A DNA stretch of 64,000 nt, from assembly GCA_030390025.1 (NCBI GenBank), contig CM059432.1, positions 37,140,001 to 37,204,000 on the forward strand. Reading direction: 5' to 3'. Below the pieces are notes generated by a model. That model did not search any database. It was not told where the DNA came from and saw only the letters and a program-made list of their open reading frames with translations. Source of the stretch: Squalus acanthias (lineage: Eukaryota). A program made the translations under genes and the position numbers. Positions 38,403 through 51,379 of this stretch are shown piece after piece; position 1 is the stretch's first letter; each line of letters opens with the position of its first letter.

Positions 38403-38892
38403 GCAACATTCTCTCAGTATCCACTCGATCAAAAATTTTCATAATTTTAAAGACCTCTATTAGGACAACCCTCAGCCTTTTTTCAAGAGGAAAGAGACCC
38501 AGCCTGTTCATCATTTCCTGATATGTATACCCTCGCATTTTTGATATCTTTGTAAATCTTCTCTGCACCCTCTCCAATGTCTCTACATCCTTTTTATAAT
38601 ATGGCGACCAGAACTGTACACAGTATTGTAAATGTGGTCTAACCAAGGTTCGATACAGGTTTAGCATAACTCTATACCTCTAGAAATAAACCCTAGTGCT
38701 TGGTTTGCTTTCTTTATGGCCTTGCTAACCTGTGTCGCAACATTTAGTGATTTGTGTATTTGTAGTCCAAGATCCCTTTGTTCCTCTACCCCACCTAGAC
38801 TCGCACCCTCTAAGTAATAAGTGACCTCCCTATTCTTCCTACCAAAATGTAACAGCTCACATTTATTTGTGTTGAACTTCATTTGCCAATTA

Positions 38893-41644
38893 CAGGAAAC
38901 TCTTTGGTATCCGGGACCGGGGTGGTGCTGGTTGAATAAAAATTCCAGATGACGGAGAGGGTTATCTACCGAGGCTATTTTTAACAAACAAAAATAAAAA
39001 AAATCCAATGTGCAGTATACAGTAATTGGGTACTCACCTACAGAATGTTGTTAAATGGATGGTGGAAGATGCTTGATTAAGTACAGTACTGCCAGTTGAG
39101 GGTAATCCATAACTCTTTAATTACTTAACAGTAAAACTAAACTTATAAACGACTGTATACAGTACTGTAGTTGACTACACTTATTCCAAGTCAGCTGGTT
39201 CATCAGGAATATCCATGCCAGCTGGGTCATCAGGATCATGCACTTCAACAGATTCTTCAGGCACTTCCACTGCTTCAACTCTTTTGGAAGCTTTCTTAAA
39301 CATGTCCCGGATGTCTCTCTGCTTAGTGCACTCTTGCCTTTTCTGTAGAGCGGTGGAATGCAGAATATGGAGGTGCATAACTTCTTGGGCAGAGCAGCAA
39401 GGCTGCCTTTCAGCAAATTGGAGGATTGAAGCAAATCCTTCTGCAGCTTTAGCCCAAGAAATCATCATCTTCTCTTCAGAAATCTCATCCTCTTCACTTT
39501 CCATCTCACTTTCCTTTTCTTTCTTTGGATTCAAAACATTCTCAATTATTTCATCATCACTTAGCATATGCACAACACCAACTTCTCTATCTGCATCAAC
39601 CCACTGCTCGATATCACTTTCACTGAGGTGACGTAGAGGGTTTGCTGGGCCTGCATTTTTCACCATGCCAGCCATTTCCATTATTGTGCTCTTGGGACGA
39701 ACATTGAACCCATGAAATTCCTCCTCTGAAGAACCTTCAGCAAACATTACAGAAGGCCACAATTTGCGCCAGGCTTGCCTCAGAGTGGGACCTTTCACCA
39801 AGTTCCAGGAACATGCAACATTATAGATGGCATCTTCAAGATTGTATTCCTTCTGAAATGCGTGAATGTTGTCATCTTGGTTTATCAGTTTACATAGGAA
39901 GTCTTTCTTGTAATGACGCTTCAGATTTTGGATAACGCCCTGGTCCATGGGTTGTTTGAGAGAACTTACATTTGGTGGCAAATAAATGGTGAAAATATTT
40001 CCCGAAACCAACTCGGATTCATGCGGATGGGCTCGACAATTATCAAGCAATAAAATGCATTTGCTATCTTCAGGTTTCCCTATTTTACGGAAATGTTCCC
40101 TCACAGATGGAACAAAAATATGATAGAACCAATACGAAAAGATTTCCTTATCTATCCAAGCATTTTTTTGAGCTATGTACAGGAAACTCTTTATTAACCG
40201 GCACCGACGGGACCAGCGTGTTGCCGGTTAATCAAAAAGTCCGGATAACGGAGAGTTATATCTCCCAACGTGCGAGAGCCCCGTACACATTGACATGCGC
40301 CTGCATTCGGAGCTCCGTCTCCCCGGGGACCGCCAGCTGACCATCTGTCGTGTCCGCTGCCTACCCGGGCTGCACATTCCCCTCCCAATCTACACGCTCC
40401 GATACAAGGCAAACGCCTCGGTTTTTTTTTAAGTTATTTTTAAAGGAGAGATGAAGGAAAACCCCGGTTACCTACTCAAGAATTTTGCCGGTTAAGAGAG
40501 ATTTCCAGATATTTGGGTGCCGGTTAATAAAGAGTTTCTTGTACTCAACAGGTAAGTGCCTCACATTTTTAAATGCACGGGGATTTTTATACTTCCCAAT
40601 AACAAGAAGTTTAACCCGGTGTGATCCAGCAGCGTTCGCACATGTTAGCACGGTTACACAATCTTTATTTTTCTTGTAACCTGAAACATTAGCCTCACTA
40701 GCCCCAGCAAGCGTTGATTCTGGCAAAAACCTCAAATAGGCCAGTTTCATCGGCATTATATATCTATGCCGGCGACAAATCATGTTGCTGCACAATCCGA
40801 TTGAAATAATCGCAGTATTCTTCTGCGGCGTCGTGATCAGCTGATTTCTTCTCCCTGGAAATATCGAGTCGTCGTATCCCGTGCTGTAAATTGAAGCACG
40901 TTGGCCATCCCTCGGAGAAAGCACACTTGTCAGTGAGCTCCATCCTTACGTACAAATCCTTCGCTTTCTCGATTAGTATGGGTCCGGAAAGTGGAGCACC
41001 CTCTGAACGCTAAAGAGAAAGCCACTCGTAAAGCACGGCATCCAGCTCTTCAAGCTTAGGCTTACGAGCATACGCCATTTCTCTACACTCTTGGATGTCT
41101 CCGAGCTTGAATAAAACTTGAGCAGCTTATCCTTCTGCGTTTTGATGTCGTAGATTGTTGACGAACCGATTTTGAGTTCATTCATAATGTTGCTACGCTT
41201 CTCTCCCCTTTCTAGTCGTTGGCATATCTCGATTTTCTGTTTTAAAGTTAACACCACTCTTCCTTTTGCTTGGACCAACTTTTGGGAATTCCAAAATGCA
41301 AGATGGGGGAGATAATTCACGATAAAGATGGAGAGACACACAGAAAAATGGTGCATCGGAAGAGACGACCAGCAGCGCGGGAGACACACAGTAAAATGGC
41401 GGATCAGAAGAGACTGGCAGTGCGGGAGAATCAGACTCCTGTTATTGCGGTATTCGGACTTCCAACAGCGCCAGGAAGCCAAGTAGTGGCACTTTGGAGA
41501 ACTACCTGCACTGACTAACTCGGCGTTCGCGCGAGACTCGGACTTGTCAACATTGCCGGTTATTGAGTTGTTTTCGGAGTATGAATTTTGCAGGTTAATA
41601 GAGAATTCCGGATATTTAGGTGCCGTTTAAACGAGAGTTTCCTG
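38893..41644 (-). mobile_element. pogo/Tigger (Tc1-mariner superfamily) DNA transposon with a disrupted transposase
   Basis: TA on both sides; TIRs begin CAGGAAACTCT. Minus-strand HTH (RVVLTLKQKIEICQRLERGE...IGSSTIYDIK), [30 protein letters not shown] and DDE motifs [10 protein letters not shown] and [17 protein letters not shown]; several frameshifts. Confidence 0.93.
40180..40541. mobile_element. Tigger-family MITE inserted in the transposase gene
   Basis: 26-bp TIR CAGGAAACTCTTTATTAACCGGCACC (1 mismatch) with TA TSD; removing it restores [19 protein letters not shown]. Confidence 0.92.
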
Positions 41645-41893
41645 TATATGCCCATTCTGCAAGTTTATTAATGTCCTCCTGTAATTTGTTGCAGTCCTCC
41701 TCAGTATTGACTCTCCCTGCCCAATTTGGTGTCATTGCAAATTTAGAAATTGTGTTTTTGATTCCAAAGTCTAAATCGTTGATATAAATTGTGAACAGCA
41801 GTGGTCCCAGCACTGATCCTTGTGGAACACCACTACCCATCTTCTACTGTGAATAGCTACCTTTTACCCCTACTCTCTGCTTTCTGTCTTGAA

Positions 41894-42158
41894 CATGATG
41901 CGGAGATGCCGGTGTTGGACTGGGGTGGACAAAATTGAGAGAAGTTAATTAACTTTATCACACCTCGGCAGATAGTCAGGATGATTTAATTTATTGGTCT
42001 GCAATTGTAAAGTACACATGCTTTTTTTTTCCCATCTATATATGCTCTGGCGATTCTGTATCCAATTTACTTCACCTGAGGAAGGAGCGATAGCTCCGAA
42101 AGCTTGTGATTTCAAATAAAACTGTTGGACTATAACCTGGTGTTGTGCGACCTCTCAA
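41894..42158 (+). mobile_element. 265-bp PLE-derived insertion with hammerhead
   Basis: 12-bp TSD TTCTGTCTTGAA (41882-41893 and 42159-42170) inside the CR1; same 3' end as 2101-2201. Confidence 0.85.
42072..42109 (+). ncRNA. Minimal type I hammerhead ribozyme
   Basis: TCAC CTGAGGA A GGAGC gata GCTCC GAAA GCTT^GTGA; stem I UCAC:GUGA. Confidence 0.75.
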
Positions 42159-42517
42159 TTCTGTCTTGAAGCCAGCCAGCAATCCATTCTGCTACTTGTC
42201 CCCTGACTCCGCATTCTCTGACCTTGTTCATCAGTCTATTATGGGGTACCTTATCGAAGGCCTTTTGAAAATCCAGATAAATTACATCTACTGCATTACC
42301 ATTGTCTATTCTGTTACCTCTCCAAAAAATTCAGTGAGGTTGGTCAAGCAAGTCTTTCCCTTTTTGAAATCCATGCTGATTATTCATTACTATGTTTTTG
42401 GTTTCTAGATGTTCTATTTTCTCCTTCAGTAGGGATTCCATTATTTTTCCGACCACCGATGTTGAGCTGACTGATCAAAAATTCCCTGGACATGTTCTAT
42501 CCCCCTTCTTAAATATA

Positions 42518-42651
42518 AATGAGAAGTCGCACAACACCAGGTTTTGTCCAACAGATTTATTTAATTTTACAAGCTTTCGGAGCTGTCGCTCCTTCGTCAG
42601 GTAAGTTAGCAATGAGAGAATCTCCCAGAATTCACAATTTAAACCCAGACA
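42518..42651 (-). mobile_element. 134-bp PLE-derived insertion with hammerhead
   Basis: 8-bp TSD TAAATATA (42510-42517 and 42652-42659) inside the CR1. Confidence 0.8.
42567..42604 (-). ncRNA. Minimal type I hammerhead ribozyme
   Basis: Minus strand: TTAC CTGACGA A GGAGC gaca GCTCC GAAA GCTT^GTAA; stem I UUAC:GUAA. Confidence 0.75.
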
Positions 42652-45377
42652 TAAATATAGGTATTACGTTAGCTATCCGCCAGTCTTCTGGCACTACACC
42701 TTTTTCTAACGAATTATTAAATATGCATAGCAATGCCTCTGCCATCTCTTCCTAGATTCTTTTAAAATGCGTGGATGCAATCCATCCAGACCAGGGGTTT
42801 TATCCTCTTTGAGTTTGATTAGTTCATTTAATGTATCCCCCCTCTATTTTAAATGCACTTATCTCATTACTAATCTCATCATCCAATGTCATGCCCACCT
42901 GTTCTATCTCCCTGGTAAATACTGAAGCAAAATAATTATTTAATATTTCTGCCATCTCTCTCTCATTGTCTGTGGTATTATCCTGTTTATCCTTTAATGG
43001 CCCTATTCCCATACCAACCTTTTTTATTGATGTGCCTGTAAACTATTTTACTATTTTGTTTTATGTTCCTTGATAATTGAATTTCATAGTTACTCTTTGC
43101 CTTGCTAATTGTTTTTTTTTTTACTTCTCTCCCAATCTCTCTCTTCTCCCTTATCATGCACTCCCCTGCTGTCTATGTACTTAATGTATGCGGCTTTCCT
43201 TACCCTCAATTGTTCTCTTATGGCTTTATTCATCCATGGAGTGTCATTTGTGTTTAGTTTGCTCTTTCCTTTTAGCGGAATATATTGTTCCTGCACTCTG
43301 TTGAACACAGTTTACAATGTTTCCCATTGCTGTTCTACATCGTTGTTGGCCAATATTGTTGCCCATTTTATTTTCCCAAGTTCTATTCTCAGCCCCTCAA
43401 TCAGCTTTTCTCCAATCTATTACCCTGGTTTTCATCATACTTATGTCCTTTTCAATTATCATCATTATTATATTATGGTCACTATTGCCTAGATGTTCCC
43501 CTACTTTTCCTTCTCTTATCTGCTCTGGTTCATTCTCCATATCTAGATCCAATAGCGAATCCTCCCTTGTAGGGCTTTTTACATATTGGGTTAGAAAGGA
43601 GTCCTTTACACATTGTAGGAACCCCATTTCTTTATCCTCTTTATCTACCTCTTCTGTCCAATTAATATCGGGGTAGTTGAAATCGCCTATGATTATTATT
43701 CTATGTTTTTTACTCATTTGCCTAATTTGTCTGCATATTTCTTCCTTCACCTCCCTTCCACTATTTGGTGGTCTGTGGACTACACCTATTAGTGTGATTG
43801 ATCCTTTATTATCTTTTATCTCTAACCATATGGATTCTATTTTTGTCTTGCTGATAGCTGCGTCACTTTTTTCTCCTGCCATTGTTATCCCTAATAAATA
43901 GTTACTCCACCTCCCTGTTTCCCCCCTCTATCTTTTCTAAATATGTTATACCCTGCAATGTTTAATTCCCAGTCCTGATTTTTCTGTAGCCATGTCTCAG
44001 TAATCCCTACTATGTCTGGTTCCTCAATGCATTACCAACAAAAAACCTGTGGTCGTCTCTAGTCTCCTGCTGTAGTAAGTTAAAATTAGTCTCTGTCTCT
44101 TGCTGTGTATCAGATTAGAAAAACCCACACAAATTCTTGTTTTTGTCAGGTGTGTGGTTCATTCATTGTCCCTTTGCAGAAGAGTTGTCTCAATCTTGAG
44201 CAGAGGTCATTCAAGCGATCAACCTCTGCAAGTGCTGGGCTCAAAGGACTTTTATATTTTGTTGCTAGTTTTGGCAGTTGGCACCATCCTGCCATCCCAG
44301 TGTCATTCTCTCCTGTTGGCCACTGAGCAGGGGTAGAGCCAGTGAATTCTGCTGCAGCGAAGAACTGTGGGTCTCTGTTGCCAAGGCAGTCATGAAGTCT
44401 CTTCCTAACTGCAGCCGAAGACGAGGTGCAAAGTGTTTGCTGAATGCGGCAGCTTTTAAATCGATAGGGATCAAGTTGAAGTTCTTCCTCCTTTTGGGGA
44501 TGCACTCGACAATCTGATTCAATTGTGGTCAGCCATAGAGAGAGAGAACCAACTTGCCACCTTTCATGTATTGAGGCAATCAAAACTAATTGTATTTTGA
44601 AGGTGTCGCCATTGTTATGTAAGCAAATGCAGTAGTCGGTTTGTGCGCAGCAAACATCAAGGAGGATGTGGTTGTTTTCATATCTTTACATGCTTCCCTT
44701 GGAGAATAGTGTGAAGTAGCGGAAAGATTCGCAGGCTGATTGTATGACAGGCTGCAACGTGAATGCTCCTTCTATGGCCGTAACTATCTTTATACCAGCC
44801 GAGAGGATGGTTTGACCTATATGGTGAGAGCGTTTTATGCGCTCGCACAACCCTCAAGATGAGGGGAGCACCCACACCCACCGGACATGAGTACCCATTG
44901 AATGAATGTCAACCCACCATTCAGAACTGGAACTCTGGTCTGCACTCACCAGGCCTTGTCTGGAGTGTGGTTCAAACCCTGCACCTTCTGACTCGGAAGT
45001 GGGAATGCTACCACTAAGCCAAAGGTGAATGAGTAGTTCACCTCTTTTAAGGTGGTGTTGTTGGCCGGCATATCAGGAGAACTTGCTTGTGCTTATTTGA
45101 ACATTGCAATGGGATCTGTTATGTCCACCTCAACAGACAGTCAGGGCCTTGTTGACCATCTTATCCAAAAGACGGTTCCTCTGACGATGCAGCACTCCCT
45201 TGGTTCTGTGTTGAAGTATCAGCTTCGTTTATATCTGGGACTTGAACCCATGACTGTGACTCAGAAATGCGAGATCTACCAACTGAGCCAAGCTGACAAT
45301 GTAAAGCAGCAGTGTGTCACCATAGAGAAAAACTACATCTACTTTGCCAACATAGTGGCTTATTCAATAAAATCTGA

Positions 45378-45480
45378 AGAACCTATAAATTCCTCTTTCT
45401 CTACTCAGTGGGGTACTAATTTCTGCTGCAGAACCTATAAATTCCTCTTTCTGTACTCACTGGAGTACTAATTTCTGCTG
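45378..45480. repeat. Tandem duplication, 52-bp unit x2
   Basis: agaacctataaattcctctttct.tactca.tgg.gtactaatttctgctg repeated twice. Confidence 0.85.
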
Positions 45481-47237
45481 TGTGGTTCAGCAGGCCTTGG
45501 CAACCTCTCTAGAGCCTCATTTGAAGTTAAGAAAAAAGTTACAATTGCAAGCCTCTGCATTGGAAAAGACACAATTGAGAATGTTTGCAAAGAGTGTAAC
45601 CTGTGAAATGTAGCTCTTCCTTGCAATTGCACATTTTGTTAGTCACACTGGCCATAAAGTAACAAATATGCACATCTTTGGATGTTTAAGTGGCAATTTA
45701 TGTTCTCCAAGACCACTGAGTATCAGCAGGTTCCACCCATGGGTGTGGCCACTAAACCTAGGTTTGTCCTAATCTGATATCACTACACATGCATTCAGCA
45801 GCAGTTATGTTTCATGAGGCTGTTGAGGTGCAGAGAGAGAGAGAGAGACAGCAAGGCAAAGAAGTTAAGGGAGGATTCCAGAGTGCAGGGTTGTGTTTGT
45901 TCCATCTGCCATGATGGTAGACTGGAACAAGGCACATGAGATTCGGTATGAAGGGACTGAATAGTGCAGTCAGATAACACTCTGTTACTTGAGCTCTGGG
46001 CTCTTGTTTGGAATCGAGATGCCGACAACCCCTTCATAATTTTGCAGTGTGCTTCACATTTTCCCAGGGCTGTCTGTGTGAATTATTAAAGCAGCCAGCT
46101 GCTGCATTGTTCTAAATTAGTATGCCTTGTAGTAAACCTGCACAATGTCAATATTTTGCAGGGAAATTTTGCAGTGTTCAGTTAAACTTTACTGATTAAT
46201 TTGTTTCATTATTGGAAAGGAAAAGCTTTGTGAGGAACTGAAATCTTCAAGTGGAAGTCTAGTTTATAAAGCTGCTACAAAAAAGTGCCTCGATGATCAA
46301 GTTTGTCAATGTTAATGTGTAGAAACATAGAAACATAGAGCAGGAGCAGGCCATTCGGCCCCTCGAGCTTGCTCCGCCATTTAATGAGAGCATGGCTGAT
46401 CATCCAAATTCAGTACCCTGTCCCTGCTTTCTCCCTGGATCCCTTGATCCCTTTAGCTTTAAGAAATATATCCAACTCCTTCTTGAATATAGAAACATAG
46501 TACTTGCAGATGGCACAAAGGCAGTAGATTAAAAAGTAATTTGTGCACACCAGCAGCACAGTGGAATCTTTAGCAACAGCCTTGCATTTGTATAGCACCT
46601 TATTACATCTCTTGATCATCCCAAATAGTTTCACATATGCTCAGTTACTTTGAAGTGTGATGACTTCTGTAGGCAAACGTGGCTAGCCAATTTACACTTA
46701 AGGCCACGGAAAACAGCAGTTGGATGAATGACTGGTGGTGACGGTGTCGAGGAAGAAATGTTGGCTCGGACATTAGGAGAAAGATTCATGTGGCATTGTG
46801 AAATCTTCAACTTTGACCTAACAGGCAGACAGGGCCTCAGTTTAAGCCTCATCTGAAGGACGGTGCCTCTGACAATGCAGCAGTCCCTCAATGCTATACT
46901 AGACTAATGTGTTGGTCTGAACCTGTTGATACAAGTTTGGTTTCCCCAGGTCATGGAGCATCATTCACAATCTATCGCTTGCTTATGTATACACTCTTGA
47001 TTATGCTCTGTAAGGGAAGCCCTTTGGAGGTGGAAAAGCGATGGCCATTACCAGTTAGTCTTCTCATCTAATAATCCCTAAATTTGACTGAATTGAAACC
47101 TGGATGGTAAGGCTGTAAATAACCTGATCTATCAAATAGAAGATGACTTGCCATTGCAGCTCATTGAATCTGAGCAACAAAGTGCGTAAATATAACCGCC
47201 TGTAGTTCTGACGAAGGATCTCACCTGACACTGCTAA

Positions 47238-47600
<363 letters not shown>

Positions 47601-48669
47601 TAAGGTTGTGCAGTTCATCAGAAGAATATTTAGGAACAGGGAAAGGCCATTAGGGCCAACTTGTTAAAAAATGATCTTCTCCATTGTCTTTTTCCAGAAA
47701 CTTAATTAATTGTCTCAACGCCATTTAGAATATCTGCTACAATGACCATCCCTCATTAACTTTACTATCCTTTAGTGTGCGGAAAGTATCTGCCTAACTT
47801 AGCTTTCTAATTTTTAAACTGATGTGCCTTGGTGTTGGAACTTTTTGCCACAGTGAACAATTCACCTTGGTCAGTTTATCAATTTATTCCCTTTTGTAAT
47901 AAATTTAAATCATGTTATTAAAATTCCTCTTTGGTGTTTTCTTTATTTTTGTGTTTTTAATTTCAATAATTGGTAATTTTATGCTCACTGAAGTGAGCAA
48001 TGAAATAGCTTTGACTTCTGGCACATGGTGCCAGTGTTAAGTGCTCCCAGGTGAGGTGAAATTCAAGTGAGGTATTGAGTTGTAGTGTGGCTGAGGTCAT
48101 TTCAAGCTCCACTGAGACCTGTGCTACCAGTGGAACATTTTTCAATTGCATTGGAGTGTGTCTCTCTGTGTAGTTCATTTTGTGCTTTGTACTTTCATAG
48201 GCTGAGAAGTGGAGTCAAGGTTCCCAAACTAGTTCCACTTTGGGAGCAGACACTTTGAATTTATCAGTTTGAGTTGGGTTCGAGGCAAAGGTGAAAGACT
48301 ACTAAGTTTAAACCCACTGTGTACGTCACTCAGTTCCATTCCTTGCTCAAATTATTAGCCGTGGTATGGCCATAACAAACCTATTACTTTTTTTGAACAA
48401 AAATAGCAAAAAACTGCAGATGGTGGAAATCTGAAACCAGTTACTGGAAACACGCAGCAGGGCGGGCAGCATCAGTGGCGAGAACAGATGAATTGAAGTT
48501 TCAGGTGTGGACCCACAAAATGTGTACACCTGTAACTGTTACCTTCGCAGATGCTGACTGACCTGCTGAGTGTTACCATCATTTTCTGATTTTTACCTTA
48601 TTTTGACTCGTCTTGTGACTGGTTTATATTTCAAACTAACTTTTGCGCATGATTACAGGAATATGTTAC

Positions 48670-51358
48670 TCAGGGCGTAGCGCTGTTGATGAGGGATGAG
48701 ATCGGTACGGTAGAGATAAAAGATCTTGGCTTGGCAGATCGTGATGTAGAACTGGAATCAGTTTAGGTGGAGCTAAGCAACAGCAAAGGGCAGAAAACAT
48801 TGGTGGGAGTTGTGTATAGGCCACCAAACAGTAGTGGTAATGTAGGGCACAGTATCAATCAAGAGATTAGAAGTGCATGTAACAAGGGCAATACGGTAAT
48901 CATGGGGGACTTTAATCTACATATTGACTGGGCAAATCAAATTACCACTAATGGTGCGGAGGACGAATTCTTGGAATGCATGTGCGATGGTTTCCTGGAT
49001 CAGTATGTGGAGGAACCAACCAGGGAACAGGCAATTCTGGATCTGGTACTGTGTAATGAGAAAGGGCTAATCAATAATCTTGTGGTAAAGGGGCCTTTAG
49101 GGACAAGTGACCATAATATGATTAAATTTTACATTAAGTTTGAGAGTGATGTAGTCCAATCTGAAACTAAGGTCTTCAATCTAAACAGAGGAAACTACAC
49201 AGGGTATGAGGGACAAGTTGGCCATGGTAGATTGGGAGACTACACTAAAAGGTATGAAGGTGGACATACAATGGCTAACATTCAAGGAAATAATGCATAA
49301 TTTGCAACAAATATCTATTCCTCTAGGGCATAAAAACCCAAAAGGAAAAGTGATCCAACCATGGCTAACAAAAGAAATTAAAGCTAGTATTAAGTCAAAG
49401 GAGGGAGCTTATAAAGTTGCCAGAAAAAGCGGTCAGCCTGAGGATTGGGATCTTTTTGGAAATCAGCAAAGGCGGACCAAGAAATTGATGATGAAAGGGA
49501 AAATGGAAAATGAGCACAAACTAGCGAAATATAAAAATGGATTGTAAAAGCTTCTATGGGTATGTGAAAAGGAAAAGACTGGCGAAGGTAAATGTAGGTC
49601 CTTTACAGTCAGAGATGGGAGAATTTATAATGGGGAATGAGGAAATGGCAGAGAAATTAAATAAATACTTTGTTTCTGTCTTCACGGAGGAAGACACAAA
49701 AAACCTCCCAGAAATACGAGAAAACCAAGGGTTTGGTGAGAATGAGGAACTTAAAGAAATTATAATGAGTAAAAAAAACAGTACTAGCAAAATTAATGGG
49801 ATAAATCTCAAGGACCGGATGACCTACATCCTAGGGTTTTGAAAGAGGTGGCCATTGGGATAGTGGACGCATTGGTTGTCATCTTCCAAAATGCTATAAA
49901 TTCTGGAACGGTTCCTGCAGATTGGAGGATAGCAGATGTAGCCCCGCTATTCAAGAAAGGAGGGAGAGAAAACGGGGAACTACAGACCTGTTAGCCTCCC
50001 ATCAGTAGTTGGGAAAATGCTGGAATCTATTATAAAGGATGCAATAACTGGGCACTTAGAAACTAATAGTAAGATTGGGCAGAGTCAACATGGATTTATG
50101 AAAGGGAAATCCTGTTTGACAAACCTATTGGAGTTCTTTGAGGATGTCACTAGTGGAGTAGACAAAGGGGAACTGGTAGATGTGTATTTGGATTATCAGA
50201 AGGCCTTCGATAAGGTCCCACACAAGAGGTTGGTGAACAAAGTTAGGGCACATGGAATTGGGGGTAATATACTAGCATGGATTGAGAATTGGTTAACAGA
50301 CAGAAAACAAAGAGTAGGGATAAACGGGTCTTTTTCAGGATGGCAGGCTGTGACTAGTGGGGTACCGCAAGGATCGGTGCTTGGGCCCCAGCTATTCACA
50401 ATCTATATCAATGATTTGGATGAGGGGACTAAATGTAACATTTCCAAATTTGCTGATGACACAAAGCTAGGTGGCAGTGTCAGTTGCAAAGAGGATGTGA
50501 AGAGGCTTCAAGGGGATCTCGACAGGCTCAGTGAGTGTGCGAGAAGATGGCAGATGGATTATAATGTGGATAAATGTGAAGTTATCCACTTTGATAGAAA
50601 AAACAGAAAGGCAGTGTATTTCCGAAATGGTGAAAGATTGGGGAATGCAGATGCTCAAAGGGACCTGGGTGTCCTTGTACATGAGTCACTGAAAGTGAAT
50701 GTGCAGGTGCAGCAAGCCATTAGGAAGGCAAATGGTATGCTGGCCTTCATTACAAGAGGATTTGAGTACAGGAGTAAAGAAGTCTTACTCCAATTATATA
50801 GGGCCTTGGTGAGACCACACCTGGAGTACTGTGTACAATTTTGGTCTCCTTACCTAAGGAAGGATATACTTGACATAGAGGGAGTGCAACGAAGGTTCAC
50901 GAGATTGATTCCTGGGATGGCGGGACTGTCGTATGAGAAGAGATTGAGTAAACTAGGCCTGTATTCTCTTGAATTCAGAAGAATGAGGGGATCTCATTGA
51001 AGGATACAAAATTATTACAGGGCTTGATGGGGTGGATGCTGGGAGAATGTTTTCCTTGGCTGGGGAGTCTAGAACCAGGGGCCACAGCCTCAGGATAAAG
51101 GGTAGGCCATGCAGGACTGAGATGAGAAGAAATTTCTTCACACAGGGTGGTGAATCTTTGGAATTCTCTACCCCAGAGGGCTGTGGAGGCTCAGTCATTG
51201 GGTATATTCAAAACAGAAGTCGATAGATTTCTGACTGGTAAGGGCATCAAGGGATATGGCGATAGGGCTGGTGAATGGAGTTGAGGCAGAAGATCAGAAT
51301 GGCAGAGCAGGCTCGAAGGACCGAATGCCCTACTGCTTCTCCTATTTCTTATGTTCTC
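48670..51358 (+). mobile_element. CR1 LINE ORF2 (EN + RT), frameshifted, with 3' tail
   Basis: VGVVYRPPNS, IMGDFN, LGTSDHN; QHGFMKGKSCLTN, GVPQGSVLGP, FADDTKL, RPHLEYC. Confidence 0.95.
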
Positions 51359-51379
51359 ACGGCTATATCTTTTTTTTAA

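Larger units (their letters stand above)
38403..44030 (-). mobile_element. CR1 LINE ORF2 (endonuclease + RT) split by a Tigger element and two PLE mini-insertions
   Basis: EN motifs ESIWLEI, GVVHRPPN, IIGDFNYP, LGNSDHN (43397-43882); RT GVPQGSVLGP; the reading INKLAEWAY|NWQMKFNTNKC rejoins across 38893-41644. Confidence 0.9.

Noticed and set aside
39181..40104. Domesticated TIGD/Jerky-like host gene (307-aa ORF)
   Set aside because: Bounded by TIRs and TA TSD, frameshifted upstream and interrupted by a MITE, so it is a dead transposon.
44146..44583. Overlapping 79-145 aa ORFs on both strands
   Set aside because: No recognisable domain or splice context, and the SMARCC1 exons on either side join in frame without them.
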